A stretch of DNA of 55,695 bases from Octopus bimaculoides (lineage: Eukaryota). Both the position numbers and the translations under genes were made by a program. The notes under the pieces were generated by a model. That model saw only the letters and a program-made list of their open reading frames with translations. It was not told the DNA's origin and did no database searches. This document shows positions 48,451 to 55,695 of this stretch, in pieces; the stretch's first letter is position 1; each line of letters opens with the position of its first letter. The stretch spans positions 65,010,379-65,066,073 of the forward strand of contig NC_068989.1 in assembly GCF_001194135.2 (NCBI RefSeq), written 5' to 3'.

Positions 48451-50421
48451 TAACAACAAACAAGATGAGGACAAATATCCGTCAAATGTAAATAATGTAA
48501 ATAAAAGGCAAAATATGGAGAAGCCAAATTATCTAATAGTTGAGTAGAAATCACGAATGCTAAATACTACTAGCTTGTAATATAAAGATATTTCAATAGT
48601 AGAAGCAGTAAGCCGAAACTTTCGATTAAGGCCATTTTGGACTCTTTTAAAATATTGAAACGTATTTATATTCAAACTGATGGAACGAAAAAAATAAAGA
48701 GAGAAAAGACTCAAAATAAATATACACATTTGAAATGGCATTAGATTATAATACCTGTGTGTATAATATTTAATGTATATCCATACGTGGAATGGCACTA
48801 GCTGTATTATTTTGTCTCAGAGAAGCTTCTTAAAGAGACTTGTGTGTTACATTGGTTATCCATTTTAGCAGTAAAACGCACAGTGCTAGAGCCAGAGTTA
48901 AATTATATTGATAGGTTGTCTAATAGCCAACCATATTTTATTGTTTCGTATCCTGCTAGACGTAATGCTTAATGGACACAGAAAAAAACATATAACTTAT
49001 TTGGTGTCGTTATAATATAACAAGAGACAGTTTTAAACTGACAAATTGAGAACTCAAAATGAACACATATACAGCATTGAGATTCAAAATTTTCCAAATG
49101 CATTAGAATATTTAAATTTAACAACAGTGAAAGCGTTCCCAGGCGCACGAATTCGCTGTTGCCGTTCACAATCACATCTATGTATATGTTCAATTCATAT
49201 AAATCCCTTTTACCCTTGGAAAATACAAGGATGTTCATACTAATTCTTTCCCCTTTTAAATTCAATAATTCTAATCAATTATTGAAGTATACCGCTGATT
49301 ACGAGATGACAAGCAAACAATGCAGACACTTGGTTTCTAAATCTATTACGCTTCTGTATGAAGGAGAAAGTTTACAGAGAATTTTGCGCAGAAAAATACC
49401 ACAGAGAATGTTTGCATTTAATTAGTAGGTATTGATTGACATGTTCTTTTCTGAAGAATTACTAAATCTAAACTCTGGTATCTGGCAATATTTCAATAGA
49501 GATAAATTAATTGAAGGCAGCGCTGGGAAATTACAAAAAAGTTCATCGTAAAAAATATAATAAAGAGAGGAATCACAGCGGCTAAAACAACAGCAACAAA
49601 TATTATCGTTTTACTAAAGAAATAGTATTATTTCTTTAAGACCCATAGACTTTGTAAATATATTCTCATACGTGCAATATAAAAATCTTCTATTTCTCAT
49701 TAATTGCGTGCATTTTAGTATCTGGTAGTTTATTCTCATTAAACATAACAAAATATCAATGAAATAATTATATAAGCAGAAAACTTTAAATTGTTCAATG
49801 TTTCAATGTCCTGAATGAATTAACAGAGAGATATGAAAGTACCACAAACAAAAACCACCATCCATTAAAGTTTAAAGTAGCGTGAAGTTTACGATCAGAC
49901 TATTAGACATTCGAATATTTGCAATACAGAGAATATTTTTTTATATTCATCTTTGTTCAACATTAATAGATCCATGTCTAAAAGAAATTAATATTTCGTT
50001 TCGTGTTATTTGTATTATTATTATTATTATTATTATTTGAATTGTTGTTTATTTTTAATTCGTTTCGTTTTCCATGTAGAAATTTATAGTTTCTCGATGT
50101 TCACTCTTCCGCTTTAAATGCCGTCCATATAGGCGCCACTAGTTTTAGAGCCAAATAGAGATTTCAGTACGTTTCAGTATATTATTGAACCCCGAGGAGT
50201 CATTGATCTGTAAATTGATACTGTGAGGCCGCAAATACACTCTGTTCGGTGATGTATATAGAAATTTACCCGTGCAACAGAAAAACAAAAAGACAAGCGA
50301 GTGCTCGCAAACGCACACGTATTCATGAACATATATAAACACTTAAACGTGCACACATCCTCACGCACTCATATATATATAAATAAACATACATACATAC
50401 ATATATATATATGCATGTATG

Positions 50422-50499
<78 letters not shown>

Positions 50500-51816
50500 N
50501 NNNNNNNNNNNNNNNNNNNNNNNNNNNNNNNNNNNNNNNNNNNNNNNNNNNNNNNNNNNNNNNNNNNNNNNNNNNNNNNNNNNNNNNNNNNTGTGTGTGT
50601 GTGTGTATGTGTGTATGTGTATTTGTAACAATTATTAGTAATGCTCGTTTCTTCTTTAGGCATCACATAAGTTTTTGTAAAGCAATGGTGCAACCACCTG
50701 AGTCACCTCTGTTATTAAATATATTTGTAACGTCTAAACGTGGCACACACATATACCCCACCCCCACCCCACACACACATTATCGAGTGTATTTATCCAT
50801 GCAGGTCAGTCGATTTGCGCGGAATGATGTAAGCCTTCCACGCCAGACGCCGACGAGGTATGAATATCAAGCCAGGCTTTGAGTCACATCGGCCTTTCGC
50901 TGGGGGAAATATCTCACCTGTGCACGCCAAGACTATAAATGAAACCCTTATTTCCCCATCTGAACTGATTCATCGTAGCTGGTGACAGCCTTTTGTATGT
51001 TTATCCGCTCCCCATCTAGTCATATTCGCCATTAACTCAATAAGTTTATGAGCCAAAATAGTTCACATCCACCATAATGTATTCCGTGATTTCAACATAA
51101 CCTCGCTCGCGTGGTTTATGAAATGGGTTGTGTTTATTAAATGACATTTAGAGGAAAGACAGAAGGAACTTCTTTACCACACAATAGAAAAGGAAAACGA
51201 TTCCAAAACAAGTGATTTAGAACGTGGATAAGATTGTAATAATATGATTCAATAAGAAAAAACTCTAACATTAATTCTACTCTTCTTGTATTAATACGGA
51301 TGTAATCCAACTAATATATAAGCTGTTTTGTATACAAGTATGTTTTATATACCATCTTAGCTTCTTACGAATGTTATTTGAAGAAGATTTTCACGTCTTC
51401 AGGTTCAATTCTCTATATGATAATAGTAAAACACACACACACACACACATAACACAAAGACGTGTGAGACCGAATTGAGCTGTCTGAACGTATCTTTTAC
51501 ATCATTTAACCTGAATGTAGTAGATGATAGTCGCTCGTGTAATAGAGATGAATAACAAGGCAGCAGATTTCCTCTCAAAAGACATCAACGATGTTAAACG
51601 GACGCCCAAAACTGTGTCCATCTGCGCCGTCAGACTATCAGCGTACTTACGGGTATGTTCACACGCTCGAACGCACCCGCACATGCACACACGCACACAA
51701 ACATACACACACGCACACACGCACACAAACAAACACACACACACACAGACGGAGAAGGATATCTTACTTTCTGTCTATCCATCCATCTGTCTGCCTGATT
51801 GTTATGCTGTATGTCA

Positions 51817-51884
<68 letters not shown>

Positions 51885-53319
51885 GTCTATCTATCTATCA
51901 ACCAATCAATCAATCTATCAGTCTGTTTGTCTCCGTGTGTGCATGTACGTATATGTTTATGCTACGTGTTGTAAAGAAACTTTGAGATTCATTGGTCAGA
52001 CTTTGTAACGGTTATCTTAAACATTTGTTATCGTAGCAGAGATGGACGACCTTGAGATTCATTTTCACTTAAGCTGAAGTGCTTTCAAGAAATAATCCCC
52101 AGCCTTCTTATCCGTCTGTATTACGTAGCGACAGTTGTGAAATTCATTTGAAATATTCAAGTTATACCTGTGGCTGTGAGAGTGTTTGTGTGTCTATATT
52201 TGTGTGCGTGTGTTTGTGTGTATGTGTGTGTGTGTTTACGTGTATGTGTGTGTGTGTGAGTCTCCGCTTGGAAGAAACCGTCTATTTGCCAATACTATCC
52301 CATCATTCTAGAAGAAGAAATTTCAATCTTGGTATTAAACAAAGTAGATATGTTTCTATAGTGAAAGTGTATGTGGTAGTAGATATACTTTGCATATAAA
52401 CATGTATGTGTGCGTATTTTGATCCGTTGATCTGTACTCAGTTATATAAGAGTATAACTGCAGAAAACAATTCAAAATGATTCTAATATATATATCTGTC
52501 CTTTGACTAGGTATTTACAATGCGTGTATGGTTGTGCTCACTCAACTGTGACAACTTTAAATAATGATACCAAACATATTGTCGCATGACATTAAAGAAC
52601 GGGTGTAGCGGAGAACTTACAAAAATTTCTAAAACCTGATCACGTGATCATCCTCGATCAATCAAACGTATCCAAAACAGATACTAACTTGAGCCATGTT
52701 CTCTCTATAAAGCAAGAGAATTTTTGAATTCCAGTTAAAAGTAAGGAAGTTGCAGCATACCTCCACGTCTTTCTCTCTCAACTTTTGAAAATCATAGAAA
52801 TCTGTGAAACCAGTTAAGTCTTTAAAAATTTAAAAGCAAAAACATTTAAACAAATCCCAGTGCATTTTCATCTTTGATATACATGTGTGGGTGATTGGTT
52901 ATGTGTGAGTGCATGCATATATATATGCACATACATGTACCGATATGTATGTACAAGCACATATATTCCTAAAGTCACTGACCTTAGACATAAAACACAA
53001 GCACTTACTACTAGATATCCCCATCAGTCCTTGCACGCTAGAAGAATACCACTGGCATCTCTTTGAATTCCTTTCATTTTACTTTATTTTTTACGTTATC
53101 TTCCTTTACCTCCTCCTCCTCCTCTCTCCTTATTTACCTTTATGTATTTATCTATTTCTTGGTTATTTTTGTACACCATGTTTTGTGCACTACATTCTTA
53201 TATACCTTATCTTATCCTTCATACCAATCCTTGCTTTCCTCCCTCACTCTCTCTACCTCTCTTTCTATTTATTTATTATTCTTTCTCTTTACCCCTTAAT
53301 AACCACCTCTGCTACCATT

Positions 53320-53660
53320 CTGTTACGGAACGTGGAAATGTTCGCGTCTATTTCTGGACAGTTACACCATCAAGACTTTAACCTACATGATTTTACACAG
53401 GATTGCACCTAAGGACTTACGGACTAATATCTACAAGATCGGAATGTTGAACTGTGAACTCTTATACTTCTTTTTCTTCTCTTTCCCCATCTCCCTATCC
53501 TCTCTCTCCTGTTCTCTATGTCGTTATTTCATTAATCTATACCATTCTCATTTTCCCTATTTGTCTCCGATGACGGAATATCTCATACTCTAAGATTCTC
53601 AGAAACAGCTGTAAGACTTTGAATTTTTCCAATAATAATAACGTATATGACTTCAAATGT
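53320..53660 (+). mobile_element. Probable PLE 3' terminal region
   Basis: LLRNVEMFASISGQLHHQDFNLHD resembles PLE C-termini (…L.TL.P.G.N); followed by pyrimidine-rich spacer and a hammerhead-like motif. Confidence 0.45.
53563..53617 (+). ncRNA. Second-family minimal type-I hammerhead motif with 8-nt palindromic stem III
   Basis: GTCT-ccgatga-[cggaatatctc...taagattctca, imperfect stem II]-GAAA-CAGCTG-TA-AGAC. Stem I is gtct/agac, A-CAGCTG-T is palindromic and the cleavage triplet is GUA; the core has C instead of U at position 4. Confidence 0.6.
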
Positions 53661-54302
53661 TTGTCTTGGCATAACGTTTGTTATCCTTTTTAACAATTAT
53701 ACATCCGTTATATCGGAAATCTAGAATGGTTTCTGTCTTTGTCTATAGCCTAGGAACCCTGGCAATCCGTTAAGGTTACTTGTGAACTAAACCTCCATGT
53801 TTGTGTGTATATATATATGGAAACAGATAAGATGAAAAAACACAGATTTATTTTACAGGACTAAAAACTATATTACAATCATAATGACAAAAGTATTATC
53901 TTACAAAATAAGATTTTTCTTCCAACATAATTGTCGGTTTCGCTATCGCTTTTCAAATCACGAGTTTTGGAGGAATTTTTTGAATTTGAATCTTTTTTTT
54001 TTTTGCTAGGTGGGGATAATTTGTAACCAAGGTATTTTTCAGTAGAGGGGAGGTAAATCTGTATTTTTTTTTATATTGGTCCGCGCTTGATGCTTACAAT
54101 AGTTGGGTTAAATCTTTAATTTTCAGTATGGGTTTTATATTTAATTCCGGCTTAAATTTTTCGATCAATGAAGCCTCTTTATTTATGTATTCGTACTTGT
54201 GTCGAGAAACAAATTTTTCTTTCCGTAAATATTCAACCATTTGTTATCATCCACTATACTTTCTACCTTATATATATGCACACACACACAAAAGCGCGCG
54301 CG

Positions 54303-54478
54303 CGAAGGTGTGCAGAAAAGTTCTTGGCTTTAAGGATATCACGTAAAACCTGGCTGGAGGCCCAACTTTCCGACAATAAGTGTGTGAACCTGAGAGGGGA
54401 ATATGTTGAATAAAATCATTACTTAACTGTTCCTCATGTAATTTTTACACGAAGTTAAGAACTTTTCAGCACACCGCG
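54303..54478 (+). mobile_element. Mariner-derived MITE, second copy
   Basis: cgaaggtgtgcagaaaagttcttgg...KCVNLRGEYVE*...gaacttttcagcacaccgcg; homologous to 21346-21557. Confidence 0.8.
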
Positions 54479-54493
54479 TGCATACATACATGC

Positions 54494-54495
<2 letters not shown>

Positions 54496-54573
<78 letters not shown>
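54496..54573. repeat. (CA)n microsatellite
   Basis: Directly visible. Confidence 0.98.
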
Positions 54574-54579
<6 letters not shown>

Positions 54580-54982
54580 GCACGTATGTATATGTATATA
54601 TATATATAATGATATAGACACAGTTTTTGTCATATATATTCTATTACCAGCTTCATTAACATATTACTAGGGTTACAAACTTGCTCTGTATCATAGACTA
54701 TATTACAACTCTATTAGATATATTATAGAATTTAGTCTAAGCAACATAAACTTATATCAAAACTAATAAACCATTCGTCTGGAGTATGATATAGAATTAA
54801 AGTATCATAAAACCTCTACTAGTAGATGATATTAAAGTTAACTATGTGACCTCAATAAACACTCCCAAGTACATTTAAATGCGTTATCATTTAATAAATC
54901 AAAATTTGTTGAAACAAACAGCTTCTTTACGATCTTACTAAATTAATTCTAGAATAGAATACACGTTCGATGTATGAATATG

Positions 54983-55033
<51 letters not shown>

Positions 55034-55449
55034 GCATATATGATAATATCTACCTTAATTGTACATTTAAAATGATATAATCTTAAAATCCATCAGCCTT
55101 TAGCTGTTGTTTAAACTGAGATTTATCGATTTTTTTTCTTTTTTGCTCAGCGATTCTGAATGGTTTTTTTCCCCTCTCTATATAACATATTATTATTGTC
55201 ACAAATTCACGTCTTTCTGAGATATATACCTTAGAGACATTTTCACAGAAATTGCTTTGCTATTCATCCAAAAACCTATGCTTATCTTAAACACAACTAC
55301 TTCTCTGCTTCACATTCGCTTTCTAATTCCAAAAACCTATCGAACTATCAACATGAAAATATTTGACTAGAAAATTACTCTGAAAAACTTTAAGATTGTG
55401 AAACCTTCACAAGCTTAAACGGTTCTTCCACTTTTGTTTGCCTTGCAAC

Positions 55450-55489
<40 letters not shown>

Positions 55490-55695
55490 TTCTCTTCCTC
55501 TCTCTCCTTCTCTCTCTATATGTTGCTCCTGCTTATGTTGTTGTCGTTCTTATAGTCTCTTCCTCCTCCTCCTTCTTCTTCCTCTTCTGCTTCTTCTTCT
55601 TCTTCTTCTACTTCGTTTTCTCTTTTCTACGCATCACGACGACGACCCCCCCACCATCCCCTCCGCCTCCCTTACCCCTTATTATCCCCTCCCCC

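Larger units (their letters stand above)
48236..48503. mobile_element. Inverted (head-to-head) pair of PLE-type terminal repeats
   Basis: About 95-bp arms (approximately 48268-48362 versus 48409-48503) are near-perfect reverse complements; a partial 28-29 bp tandem duplication lies at the junction. Confidence 0.85.

Noticed and set aside
51524-51652. Open frame MIVARVIEMNNKAADFLSKDINDVKRTPKTVSICAVRLSAYLR with a GTATGT donor-like site
   Set aside because: No recognisable family, weak acceptor, and the opposite strand is equally open; cannot be supported without transcripts.

Overview
Eukaryotic, AT-rich, draft-assembly DNA with many N-gaps that fall inside microsatellites. The SINE and LINE families and the extreme microsatellite density look like a coleoid cephalopod, most probably Octopus (inference; no database search was possible). 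No host gene could be identified with confidence, and almost all ORFs in the supplied track are microsatellite translations. The window is intergenic or intronic and is dominated by decayed mobile elements: (i) about ten fragments of restriction-like-endonuclease (RLE) non-LTR retrotransposons of the R4/Dong type, piled up in (AAT)n arrays; (ii) two abundant tRNA-derived SINE families plus a CR1-like LINE 3' end that shares its tail with one of them; (iii) a full-length dead mariner, an internally deleted Tc1/maT-like element and two mariner MITEs; (iv) Penelope-like element (PLE) remnants (RT, GIY-YIG, terminal repeats). The most interesting signal is a set of minimal type-I hammerhead-ribozyme motifs with palindromic stem III (dimer type) in two repeat families. 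One copy forms the 3' tail of a tRNA-headed SINE-like element (45535-45836, minus), which suggests a Pol III SINE that may be mobilised by PLE machinery. Every hammerhead copy here carries lesions, so activity is predicted only for the reconstructed consensus.
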